Assembly: GCA_013239625.1 (NCBI GenBank)
Contig: MU053334.1
Span: 631,190-695,189, forward strand
Reading direction: 5' to 3'
Origin: Lama guanicoe
Taxonomy: Eukaryota
DNA: 64,000 nt
Shown here piece by piece: positions 26,161 to 37,800 of this stretch (position 1 is its first letter; every line of letters begins with the position of its first letter). The translations under genes and the position numbers were made by a program. The notes beneath the pieces are model-generated. The model searched no databases. It saw nothing but the letters and a program-made list of their open reading frames with translations, and had not been told where the DNA came from.

Positions 26161-26864
26161 GGAGGTCGCGTCTCCCCTTCCCTGTGCTTGGGCTTCTCTT
26201 CTACGTGCCAGACACGATTTACACAGAGGAGCCATTCGGACCGCAGCGGGGAAGGGTTCCCCAGAAGGGACTCGCCTTTCCCTCTGTCAGGCACTTAGGG
26301 CGGGCTGGCCAGTCTGACCCACACGGGACTTCCACTCGGTTAGGCCTGAGGTGGCCACTCAGCCAGTTTCTGTTCAGCCCCAGCCAAGTGTCTTGGGGGT
26401 GTAAGCCCCACAGCGAGGGGTGTGCGTACCTTTTTGTTTTTGTTGTTTTGAATGCCTGTCGCTGGACAGGCTCAGCGAGTCCCTGCTGAGTGTATGAATG
26501 AATGGATGAGGCAGGGCCCCAGGATGTGCCCTCCCGGAGGCCCTGCCTGGCGGGGTCAGCTTGCGACCAGGGGGTGGGCAGCCCTGGGCCTTGTGCACTG
26601 ACGTGTCCGTCCAGGGCGTCAGTTCTTGCGCGGCGTCCCCACCCGCCCGCAGCCGCTCCCTCTGCACAGACGCTGGGCTTCCCTGGCCGCCTCTGATGGT
26701 CTCGCCTTTCCTTCCTGTCTTTTCGTGCCGCCGCATGGGGCCCTCCCTCGCGTTCTTGGATCTTGTTTCAGTGTTCTTTCCCTGGCCATTGTTGTTACTG
26801 ACTATGTCTTAGAGCCCCTTTTTTTTTCCAGTTGACGTATAGTCAATTTCATTGTATCAATTTC

Positions 26865-26950
26865 TTTTTTCTTAAAACACCGTCATTATGGTATGATTCC
26901 TACACAGTAAAGTACACGTGTATCAGATGTGCAGTTTGATAAATTCAGAT
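26865..26950 (-). mobile_element. Short L1MC/ME-like 3' end fragment
   Basis: T-tract + ggtatgattcctacacagtaaagtacac...gtgcagtttgataaatt. Confidence 0.45.
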
Positions 26951-27377
26951 GGTGCCCGTTTCTGGAAACTGCCATGTGGGGAGCGCTGTCTTGTTTTCTC
27001 ATCCTTTTTGTGGATTTCTTTTTTCCTAGATGAAGCAACTCATTAAACCCTGGTAAATCAATGAACTAAACAGTAAAATAATTTTAAAATACCTCTATCT
27101 GTTTCCACCAGGTCAGTTCTTGGACTGACTTCCTGGGTTTCTCTGGGCGGGGGAAGGGGTGTCTCCTGCTCGGAGTGTGGTGTGTCTGGTGGGGGCAGGT
27201 GGATGGCACGGACTGGGCCTTAGGCCTGTCAGACCAGGAGGAGCAGGGCAGCCTCCTGCCCCTGTGGTACTGGGTTTGTCCCTGGCTGTGTCTCAGTCTT
27301 GGCTTGGAGGGAGGGGATGCTGACCCAGGCTGTCCACACACCCATGCCCTCAGTAAGTGCCCCATCTGTTGTTGCAG

Positions 27378-27498
27378 CCCCCCCATGCCTCCTGGCTGAC
27401 ACTCCTGGAGCCCCCCTGGGGTGACCGGCCTGTCCCCCCCATGCCTCCTGGCTGACACTCCTGGAGCCCCCCTGGGGTGACTGGCCCTGTCCCCCCCC
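27378..27498 (+). repeat. Tandem duplication, 2 x 56 bp
   Basis: atgcctcctggctgacactcctggagcccccctggggtgac at 27385 and 27441. Confidence 0.92.
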
Positions 27499-27629
27499 AC
27501 CACCTGCCCTTCCTTCTGGAGTGCTGGGAGGCCTCTCCTTTCCACCACTGGGCTCTCTCTTTACATCCAGAGAGTGAGGTCGATAGGAGGCAAACACAGG
27601 GACCTGAGTCTTTCCAGCCAGCAGGACCC

Positions 27630-27722
27630 TGGTTGACTCTCAAAAGTGAAAAGTCATTAAGAGGGTTTCCGTAACTGTCAGCACGGAGATGTCATTCAGT
27701 GCTGGGCCGGGTAGTGTGCCAG
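27630..27722 (+). repeat. 93-bp dispersed direct repeat, copy 2
   Basis: tggttgactctcaaaagtgaaaagtcattaagaggg...gtagtgtgccag. Confidence 0.95.
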
Positions 27723-28558
27723 TACCCTCCGGGTACTGGCTGGCAGCCCGGACCCCCTATCCCCAGGCATCTGTCCCTGCCCACTCCTTCCCCAGAACTC
27801 CGCCCAGCTCTGCTGCCTCCTCCATCACCTGGGCCAGCGAAGTGCTCCTGGGATTGGCCCTCCTCCCTCCAGCCTCCCCTTCCAACTCATCACCCGTCTC
27901 CAGTGGAGATGGCTTCTGAACACCTCCTTGGTGTGGCGGCTTGGGAAACGCTTCCAGGCACCTCCTGGCCACAGATGATCCTAGCCCTAACTGTTTGCAG
28001 AAGCCATGCCAGCCTCTAGTTGGGGGGGGGGTCTGCCCCGTTACTGTGCCCCGAGGCCTCGGTGTTGGGCATCCTTCTGGTGTCCAGCAGGTGCCCAGCG
28101 TCTCGCCCTTCTCAGTGTTGGCCTCGGGAGCCTGGCCTCACGCCTCTAGGGGGAGAAGGGTTTGTGTCCTGGGATTGCTTCTGCCCCTCCCCACACTCCC
28201 CGTCTGGGCCCCGACACGCAAGAGGTCTCCATCCCCGGACTTTAGTTGGTGTTCCCATCAGCATTTGCCAACTGGGTGCAGAGCTGGGCCGGAGCTTGTC
28301 TTTTGGTGGGAGGGGCAGGCATGAATGGTCATCTGCTGATTTTCGGGGGCTCTGGGCCTGGAAGCACTTGGGGCCCTATAGGCTGCCTTTGGGCCATAGG
28401 GAGAGGATGCCTGGTGCGGCTGGCCCCTCCCTGGAGACCCCCGGCTGTGCTGTGCTGAGGGCTAGAACCGTGCCGCCCACCTCCAGCTGGGCCTTTTCAT
28501 GGGTGCAGTCGCAGGCCGTCCCTGGAGAGGGAGGAAGTGCAGGAGTTCAGGATTGAGA

Positions 28559-28579
28559 TGTGTGTGTGTGTGTGTGTGT
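28559..28579. repeat. (TG)n microsatellite
   Basis: tgtgtgtgtgtgtgtgtgtgt. Confidence 0.9.
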
Positions 28580-30903
28580 AGGGGGGTCTCATTTAACCTT
28601 TACCAGCATCAGGAGAGGGTGTTGGGACACCCCTGAAGCTGCAGGGGACAACCAAACCCCTGCTAGAGGGACAGGGAGCCAGGCTGAGAAGTCTGGGGAG
28701 GCCACAGGCATCCGTGCCCACTGCTGGCCAGATACAGCGGGCTCAGCCTGGGAAGGGCCTTCGCGGACCAGAATAGCACCCTGAGCCATTTAAGTGGCAC
28801 AGGATGGCCAGGGAGGCAGGAAGGGCTCCCGGGGATGAGTGGGGAGTGACCCCCACGGCCTTTTCCTCCTTCGGCTCCGGGGCTGCCCCTGGGTTTCCGT
28901 CCCTCCAGCGCAGGGGACATGTTTGGGTGCTGTGCGTGGGGAGGGCAGGGAGCCCAGCAGAGGCGGCTGAGCGGCTGCAGTGCGTGTGAAATATTTCAGA
29001 GCTTAATTAATTTAATTTGAGAGGTTCCTTTTCGGAGCGTGAACAGTTGTCTCCCAAGAGACACGCGCCGCCGCCTCCCCCTCCTGCCTGCCTGGCGCTG
29101 GTGGGTGAAGGAAACAGCACGATCTATATTGAGAGTGATCCGTGGCGGGGTGCATGGCCGCGCCGCGGGTTCCCCCTCCCTGGAGGCCCCAGAGTCCTCC
29201 CATCAGGGCCCCCTTCCCAACCCCTGAAAGAGCGGGCTGTGTGGTGTGGGGGTGTCCCAGGGAACTGCGGTCGGCAGGGCCTCCATGGAGCCCTGAAATG
29301 TGGGCGCAGGCTGGGTGGATGAGGCCCAGAAGGCTGCTGCACAAAGCTGGGGGCGTGGGACCCTGGCCTCCCCCACCCTGCAACCACTCCCACCACCGGG
29401 GAGGAGGAGGGCTTTGAGGAGCGTGGAGCCCCAGGAGAGGCTGAGAGACCCGGGGTGACAGCTCAGCCCAGGGTGGGGGTGGGGGTGGGCGTGAGCAGAA
29501 AAGGAGGGTGCGCAGGGAGGGCAGGCCAGGGCTCTAATGAGGGGGAGCAAGCGCGCTTTGATGTCCACGGCAGCTTCAAAGAGGCTGCCGCCTCCTGCGC
29601 CGTGTCTGAGTCTGCGGAGGAGGCCCGAGGCACACAGGCCCAGGCGTGTTTGAAGTAGGCCCTGCTGGGCCTGCCCACCCCCTCGGCTGGACTGGGGAGC
29701 CTGGGCTGGTGGGGGGTTGCTCCCCAAACCCGGGAACCAAGTCCCCATTCAAGCTGCTCCCTTCCCTGGCTCCTCCGCCTGAGAAGTGGGACTTCGAAGC
29801 CAGACATGAAGGGGGCAGCTGCTGAGGGCGGCTCCTACACATACATCCTTCTAGACCTGCGTGTCCATCCAGTCTGAGGGGCTTCCTGGGGCCAGAGGGC
29901 CCAGGTAGAGCCCTGCCCCACTGCTGGCTTTGGGAAGAGGGAGCCTGTGGCCATTCTTCGTTTATTTTCGGGGCAGATACCCAGGGAAGGTGGGGCCTAC
30001 GCTCCCGGAACCCCCCAGGCTAACCACGGGCCCCTGGCTCTCGGGGACTGGGCTGCTGGGTGGCAACTAAAGTCAGGCAGGTTGGAGAGGACGCGGGCAG
30101 CCTTGGGGGGGCGGGGCGGGGCGGGGCGGCTGCACGTTGTGGCTCCTCCTCAGTGTGAGCCCCCGGTGCCTGATCCAGCAACGTGGACCCATACCCCAGC
30201 ATGGTCTCCCTACGAAGGCCTTGGAGGCGGTACGGGGCCCCAAGACTGAAGACCTGAGAGTCCCCCAGCCCTCGCTGTGGATGGGGGTGCAGGGTAGAGC
30301 CCAGAGGCCTCCCTGGGCACAGGCCTTGGAGACTGGAGTGGCCAGAGGGGTGAGGGTCCCTCCCAGCCCAGCTCCCCCTGGGCCTTGCCCCGTCCCTCCC
30401 AGCCTGTGCTGCCCCCCCCCCAGCTGGAGCCACACATGGGGTACTCTCTGCAGAGGTGGGAGCTCCTGCAGCACCCTCCCATCCGATGATTGGAGGGAGG
30501 TGTTCTCTCACTGCTGAGGGCCCTTCTGTGGGCCAGAGACTAGGGAGGCCCTGTGCTGGGCGTGGGCAGTGCTCAGCGTCCAGGCGCTGGAACCCGGGCA
30601 GCATCTCCTGCGGACCGGGTAATGTGCGAGAGGCCTTGTGGAGGGGTGTGCATGCCACTGGTGTCCTGAGTTTCCAGATCACCGCTGTGCCATGCCAGAT
30701 ATGGTGCAGGCAGGCCTCCTGCAGGGCCCAGGGAAGGGCAGGGATGTGGCCGGAGGAAGTGCCCCAAGAGTGCTGACAAGTGGCTTCCAAGGGCACCCTG
30801 CTCTGGTGTCTCACCAGCTCCAGTGTGACCTGGAGCGAGTCACCTGCTGTCCCTGGGTGGGGGTGGGACTCCCCCCGCACCTGCCCGCCAGACGGCTGCG
30901 CTG

Positions 30904-30924
30904 GCTCCTGTCCATGGTGCTGAA
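30904..30924 (-). promoter_or_regulatory. Canonical REST/NRSF RE1 site
   Basis: Reverse complement TTCAGCACCATGGACAGGAGC vs consensus TTCAGCACCnnGGACAGCGCC. Confidence 0.8.
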
Positions 30925-31744
30925 AGGAGTTCTGGGTGTCACGGGCTTGGCCGCTGCCCCTCCTGCAGCCCTGGGAAACTGCAGGCGGGCATTCCCTCCA
31001 GCATCTCTCTTTGCCCCACTCACCTTCAACTCCCCAAACCTGTACCAAGGGGGTGATGGGGATGGAGCCTGTGCCTACACCAGCTGGGGAAGCCCCACCT
31101 GCAGGGTTGGATGTGGGGAGGCCTCACCCTGACCCCTTGGGCAGGGGCAGTGGAATGGTCCTCGGGGTCTTGCAGGCCTTGCCCAGCCTTGGTCTTCCCT
31201 TCTGCGAATGGGAGTGAGGCTGCTGTGAGGGTCAGGGTTCATGTGGACCACACTTGGGAGCCTTAATTCTGACCAGATGTGGTGTTGCTGGAACAGGTGG
31301 CCACATCCGGGCCTGACCATGTGCCGCAGCCCACCTGATCCCAGGGCTTCAGCCATGCTCCAGGCTGCCTGGGTCTGCAGCCCATGGGGCCCCTCCCCCC
31401 ACCCATGCCTGGTGCAAGTAGGGCGGTGGTGAGAGCCAGCCAGGCGTGCTTTTGTGGGCTCTTACAGAGGCAGCAGAACCCGCCTCGCCCCCAAACCCTG
31501 TCCTAACACCTCCAGGCTGATGCTGGGTCAAGAGGCCCCGAGGGTGCCCAAGTCCTGCTGGGGGCTGCCCTTCTGGCCAGACACAGGTTCTGCTGAGTGC
31601 GTGAGGGTGCAGGGAGAGGCTCACATTACAGTGCGTGATCAGGTTTACAGAGAGCCCTCTGGCAGGGACGAGACCCTCTGTGAAGAGAAGAGACTTCAGG
31701 TGAATATGGAAAGGGACCCTGCACAGTCCCTGGGGCCCCACCCC

Positions 31745-32045
31745 CACTGCCACAGCCGTAGTCGCTAGAGCAACAGAATCTCATGTCAACTCTGGGGCCT
31801 GGGAGTCTGCGAGTCGGTCTCCTGAGGGCTCCGAGGGAGGGTCAGCTCCGAGCCCCTGCCCCGCCTCTGTGGTTTCTGGTTCTTCCAGACCCAACACCCT
31901 GGCCTCTGCCTCCGTCCTCCCGTGGTGTCTCCCTCTATCTTTGTCGCTGGAATTAGGACCACCCTGCATGCATTGTGAGGTCCACAAGTACCTCTGCAAA
32001 GGCCCTTTCCCCAGATACGACCCCGTTCATGGGTGTCCGGCACTG
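31745..32045 (-). mobile_element. MaLR LTR remnant (MLT1B/C/D-like)
   Basis: caacagaa...tctggggcctgggagtc...ctctgcctccgtc...ttaggaccaccct...ctgcaaaggccctttccccagata. Confidence 0.65.
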
Positions 32046-33004
32046 ACACATGGACCATCTTCCTGAGCTGCTGTCCACCCCTAGATGCCTCACTTGTGGT
32101 CTGGGGCCCCAAGTGGATCCCACATCGTCCCCAGTTTTGCACGGTGGCTTCCTGCCCGTGGACTCAGGGGCTGCTCGCTGGCTGCCGGGAGCCCTTGGCC
32201 TTCACCTGGAGCTGGTCCTGCAAGATGAGAGAGGAGACTCTTCCTGAAAGTCCTCCTCCCCCCAGCTGTGGGGGAGGCCGAGTGTGGGGGTGATGGTAGG
32301 AGAGCCAGGTGGGCACCAGGGGTGTCCTAACCGTCGCCCTGGTGGGGTGGCCTCCAGCCCACCCTCGGGATCCCCCACCCACCCAGGCAGACCGTGGAGG
32401 GGGCTGTGTCAGAGGAAGAGATGGGGTCCATTTGGGAGATGGAGGACAGGGTGAGGAGTCCCCTTTTCTCAGTGGACACCCTGTGGCAAGAGCTTTCCCG
32501 GCGTTTAGAAGAGAAGGATGCAGCCGCTCCCCCCCGACACACCCAGGACGAGGGACTGCTGCACAACACCCACTCCAACCACCGGCACCCTCCAGCTCCC
32601 AACCTGGCTGGGCCAGGAGCCACTCAGCCCTGGGAGCCAGGCAGGCCCTTGGTCCCCCTAGCAATGGCGGGAGTGGACCAGCAGGTGGGGGGTGGAGACA
32701 GACGAGGGGCGGGGCTCCGGCCCCAGGGCTCCCTCCATGTAGGCTGTCTGGGAGAGGTGGTCCCTCTTCCGCCTCCAGAGTTTCGCAGGCAGCTCCTGCT
32801 GTCTGATGGGGCTGGGCGGGGGTCGGGGTGGGGTTGGTTTTCCTGCTCCCACAGGTGAGGAGACCCAGGCTTGTGGGGGTGGGAGGTGGTTTTTATCTGA
32901 AGGCAGCGGCCGGGACTGCCAGGCCCATCTGCCGCTGACCATGTGCTCAGCTCGTGGTAGCCGCCGGTCCCGGGTGCTCCTCTGAAGCCTGGCAGTTGGA
33001 GGAC

Positions 33005-33450
33005 TGAGTTGTCTGGTATCTTTTGCTGCAGAATGAGCTGCCCCAAGGCATAGTGGCTCCAGACAGCAAGCATTCTCTCATCGCTCGCAGGGGAAGGTGT
33101 CTGGGGCAGCCGAGCTAGGTGCTCGGGGCTTGGGGTGTAGGCTGAGGCTGCATCGGGGACTCGACTGGGGCTGGGCCCTGCTCCTAGACTCGCTCGTGCA
33201 GTCGGCTGGGGGCCTCAGTTCCTTGTGGTGTGGCTGTCACACGGACTGCGGCAGCTGGGCTCCGCAGTGCAGTGATCCTGGGACAGGGCCCGAATGGGGG
33301 CTGTGCTCTTGTTATCACCTGACCTTGGAGAAACGGGTCCATCCTTTGTGCCACATCCCACTGGCCACACAGTCCAGCCCTGGTGCAGCTGGGGTTGGGG
33401 GGACCACACTGCCAGGGGTGGCTTCCAAGAGGCAGGAGCCACCAGGACTG
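33005..33450 (-). mobile_element. MaLR LTR remnant (MLT1F-like)
   Basis: tatcttttgctgc...ccccaa..tagtggct...tcgactggggctgg...ggcctcagttcct...ctggccacacagtccagccctg. Confidence 0.65.
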
Positions 33451-34835
33451 CTTTCCTGCAGTCAGGAGCAGCAGGGTGATGAGGCGCAGGAAGGGCCTGC
33501 CCAGGAGACCAGGTGCAGCTGAGAACACTGCAGACACTCATCCTCTGGTGAGTGAGGCCTGTGTCTCCTTCCTCATCACTCCTTCCAGGATGGGGCCCGG
33601 GGGGCTGGGGGAGAGGCCTCTGCTGTCTCCCAAATCGGCCCTCGGGAAGCCTCCTCAGGCCAGCTGGTGCTGGGATCTCATCACCTGTGGCTGCCATCTG
33701 GACATGTCTGGCTGCACAAGCTTCCATCTGGGCCTTGGGCCTACGAAGAACCCATGTCCCTGCCTTAGTTCTGCCCCCAGGACTGCCCACCCTCTCTTGG
33801 CACTGCAAGGGCACTTGTAGGTGCTCCTGATGGCAAGCTGGGGTCTTCGGGCTGGCAGGTTGTGCGGTGTGTGGGGACAGTGGCCAGGGCAGGACCGTGG
33901 GGCTGCAGGAGCAGCTGAGACCACCCTGCTGGCGGGAGCTTCCTTCACGGAGGCCCCTGAGTGGCCCCTGGGTTCAGAGCCTGGGAAGCTGTGGTCCCAG
34001 GGATGGCCAAGGGCAGTCTGCAGGCCCTCAGCAGGACGCTGCCCTGATGCCAGAAAACGTGTCCCTTCCTCAGCTGGGGACTCAGCCGCATTCCTGCCCC
34101 TACCAGCCCTCTGAGGCTTCTCCCAGTGCCTGCAGTGGGCAGTCCGGTCAGGAGGCAGGGCTGGCTCAGGGTGGCCAGCTTTGCTGATTCACTTTTCCAA
34201 GAGCCAGTGTGGTGCCAGTTCCTCATCCTTGTCCAGGGAGGGCCCAGGCAGGAGGGGTGACAAGGGGCTGCCCTGTTCTGTCCACCCCAGGAAAGCAGTG
34301 TCTCCCTCTCACACCCCTGGGAGCACAGCCCCACAGTGAGGTGGGTCGAGGTGGTGGAAAGTGGGTCACTGTTAGCTGTGCTTGTGGCCCTGGGGAGCTG
34401 GCCACATGCTCCACAGAGGTTACTGGTGAGGGAGGAGGGTCACTCGCCCACCCCAGGCGCCAGTGACCCTCGGAGTGGCCCTGCGAGCATCAGTGGCTGA
34501 ATGCTGGTGTCTCCTGTGGAGCTGAGAGGGGCCCGGGGAGGGGTCTGGGCAGCTGCCCTGCTCCTCCTCCTGGCTCAGCAGGAGCCTGCGGGGCGGGTGG
34601 AGCTGTCAGGTGACTCAGAGCTGGGGCTCTGGCGCATCCAGCCAACCCCCCCAACCTGTAGAGGGTGCCGTGGTCGGGTCTGCGGCCCCCAGCGCGCTGC
34701 ACGCAGGGAGGCTGATGTGAGCACGCTGACGGGGGGCTTCCAGTGAGCAGGTGTGTCCCTGTCCCTGTCCCTGTCCCTGTCTCCCAAAGGCCTGGGATAG
34801 TCGGAGGCCAGGCCCTGTACCATGGCACCGGCGCT

Positions 34836-34856
34836 GTCAGCACCACGGACAGCAGC
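34836..34856 (+). promoter_or_regulatory. Canonical REST/NRSF RE1 site
   Basis: GTCAGCACCACGGACAGCAGC; perfect core. Confidence 0.82.
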
Positions 34857-37800
34857 TGCCCTGCGTCGCTGCAGTCAGCGCTGAGCGGCGGCACTCAGGG
34901 TTCTAGTTCACAGAACACCTCCCGTGCCCTCCCCGCCCCCTCCCCGGAGCCACGGTGCTGTGTGTCGGCACTGGTGCCCCTCCCCCTCCCCCAGAGCCTC
35001 CTGACCGCTCCCGACCCACGTCCTCTGGGCTGGCCTTGCGGGACACAAGCTGACTCCTATCTTTTCTCTGAACTTTCACCCTCTTCCAGGGACACGTGGC
35101 AGCAGCCAGAGGGGTCCGCAAGGTGGGCCCTGAGGCCTGTGATCCCGGGGTGGGGCGGGCAGGAGGGAGCCTGCCCTGACGCCTGAAGCTGACGCGTGGG
35201 CCGGATGGAGACGGGGGAGGAGGAAGCACAGTCTCGCCTGAAGGCGGGAACTCTGGGCTCTGGAGGGCTGACTGCACGAGGAAGGGCCCAGGCGTGCGGC
35301 TGGGGAGGGAGAGCGCAGGGCTCGGCCAGGGGACGGGCTGGGGCAGGTCCTTCTCCCCTGGTGGAGCCCCAGGGCGCTGTGCAGGGGGCCGCGGCGGTGG
35401 GGGGGCGGTGGAGGGGCAGGCCGAGTCAGGTGTGAGCAGGGGCCCAGACTTCCTCCATGCTCCCGGTAGCCCCAGCCCTGGGGGGCCGTCTCTCTTCCCT
35501 CAGCTGCCTCCACTCCCCAGGGAGGGGTGCTCATGGTGGCAGCATGATGTAGATCTGGTGATTTAAATGGCTTCCCTCCCTTTGGTTTGCCCTGTTGGAG
35601 TTGTGTGCACCCTTAGCGAGCGCATTGCTTCACGGGCTCTGCCAGCAGGGTGCCAGCGGACAGACCCAGGCCCCAGGCTCTGCCCGTGGGGCCTGTGTTG
35701 CTGAGGTTACAAGGCTGGTCAGCGGCGTGGGGGCACCGGCTAGGGTGGCCACACACGGGACCTGTGTGCGGTGTATGTGCAATGGCGTGTGCGCCCCTCT
35801 TGAGCCCTGGGTTCCCATCCGCGGCGGCTCCCTGGCCGGCACGTAGTGGACGGGGCTGAGGACGCAGCCGCTGAGTGCTGGCTGGCGGTGCTGGGACTGA
35901 AGCCCTGAGACACCCCTGCCGGGGGAGGCTTGAGGTCACTTTGCTGTGATGTCACTTGGTCCAACTTGAGCCTTCTCCTCTGGGGGTGGGATACAGGTCA
36001 GCCTCAGAGAAAGAAGATGTCTAAGTGGAGGGGGTTGGTGGAGGGGTCACAGACCCAGAAGCCCTCCCACCAGACACCTGCTAAGTGTGGCCCCCAGGCC
36101 TTGAGAAGCTTCTCCCAGCTTGTTGAAGGGCAGCTGGGTTTGAGGGGAAGGCCCAGGGCTGTTGGGGACCCTCGGGCCATCTTCAGGGGCCAGAAGTGTA
36201 GGAGCTGCACCCTAATTCTGCTCTTGGGGAGGCGCCGGCCCATAAGATGCCTCCCTCCTGGGAGGGTGGTCACAGTGCCTCCACCATCCAGGGGCTCGGA
36301 CAGGGTGGACAGCGTATGGGCTGGGAGTGTGTGTCAGGGTGGCATCCGAGATGGAAACCGACAGAAGAATGTCACTGACAGGAGCAGGACCTCTCTGGTC
36401 CCATCCCCCCGTAGCAGCCATGTGAGGGGCCGTGGGAGAAGGCCTGGGTGCGCAGGACGCTCACGGGGTGGCGTGGGCTGGGCTTGGGATGCTGAGGGGC
36501 CAGCTAGGGGGCTCATGACCCAATGGCCACAGGCAAAAGGGCAGGGGCCCTACAGGCAGGACCTTCCCAAGCATGCTTGAGGGAGGCTGCGTGCGGTGGC
36601 CTGACACCTGGAGACAGGCCTCGGGGCGGCTGTGAGCTCAGGACGAAGGATGGAGGGTGGGCCCCCTGGGGGGCTGAGCTGCCGTCCACGAGACTGAAGG
36701 GCTCAGAGCAGATGGCGGCGGGGGTACCCTGGGTCCCCACACGTGAGGCTGGGGGCAGCGGGCCTCGGCTGGGCTACCCTGAGAGGCCAGAAGCTCGGTA
36801 TTCGGGGAGGGAAACAGCGCTGGTGGCTGGAGTGCAGTCTGAGGCAGTGACCCCACTGTGTCTCTAGGGAGGGGTGTCCCCCGCTGCCCCACCACCCACC
36901 ACCCTTCAGTCTCCACTGCCCTGCTGAGCTCTGGGGCTGGAGCCCTGGCGGAGAGGGTCCCCTGCCCTGCCACTCCTCCCTGGCCACCCTGTCCTGCCCC
37001 AGCGGCAGTCTGAGTCATGGGGTCCCAGGCCCCCTCTCGGGGCTCCCCACAGAGTGGTGCCCACTGCTCCGAGCTGGCAGCCCCAGGGTGCAGAGCCCTC
37101 CAGCAGGTCTTTCCCAGAGGAGAACGACAAGAGAGCCGGGGTGTGTGGCATCTGCCCAGGACCACCGCCCCCAACTCTGGCCCCACAGCCCTCTCAGGCC
37201 ACCTCTCGTGCTGGGAGCCCTGCAGGCCTGCAAGTCTCCACCCTCCCCTTCCCCACCACTCCTAGGCTGCCTGGCAGCTCTGGCCTCCTTCCTCCGACCA
37301 CACTGGTGCCATAGGTTTGAAGGCGGGCAGGAGGGCTGGGCACTGCCTGCAGAGAGCTGCTGAGCTGAGCCCGGGAGCCCCCTGCCTACCAGCTCTCTGG
37401 CGGCCCAGCCACTGGCGGAGGGGCACGGGTGCTGGAGGGAGCCCTCCCCGCAGCCCAGGTAGGGGAAGGGGGCAGGTAGGGGAAGGGTTGCACACTCCTT
37501 GGGCGCCTGGGGCCGGGTGCAGGGTCTGCTCTCAGGTACCAGTTCCTGGTAAGGGGCCGCTCCACGCTGAGGAGCCGCGTGCTTATGCCTGAGCCTGGGG
37601 TGCAGTGGGGCGCCCCTGAGTGGGCTCAGTGCCCTCTGGCTCCCGTTGCCTGGGCGGGACTGGCTCTGCTCCCCCTGCAATTATCTGTGACACTGTATAC
37701 TTCCCTTCTCTTGATGTGTGCCTATATTTGCTGTGAAGACAATAATTAGAGGTAAAATCACAATTGGAAAATGAGCCTGAGTGTTCGAAGGGCAGGGTGA

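Noticed and set aside
25304..27722. LTR retroelement bounded by the 93-bp repeats
   Set aside because: No TG...CA termini, PBS/PPT or gag/pol remnants; the interior is old L1 debris.
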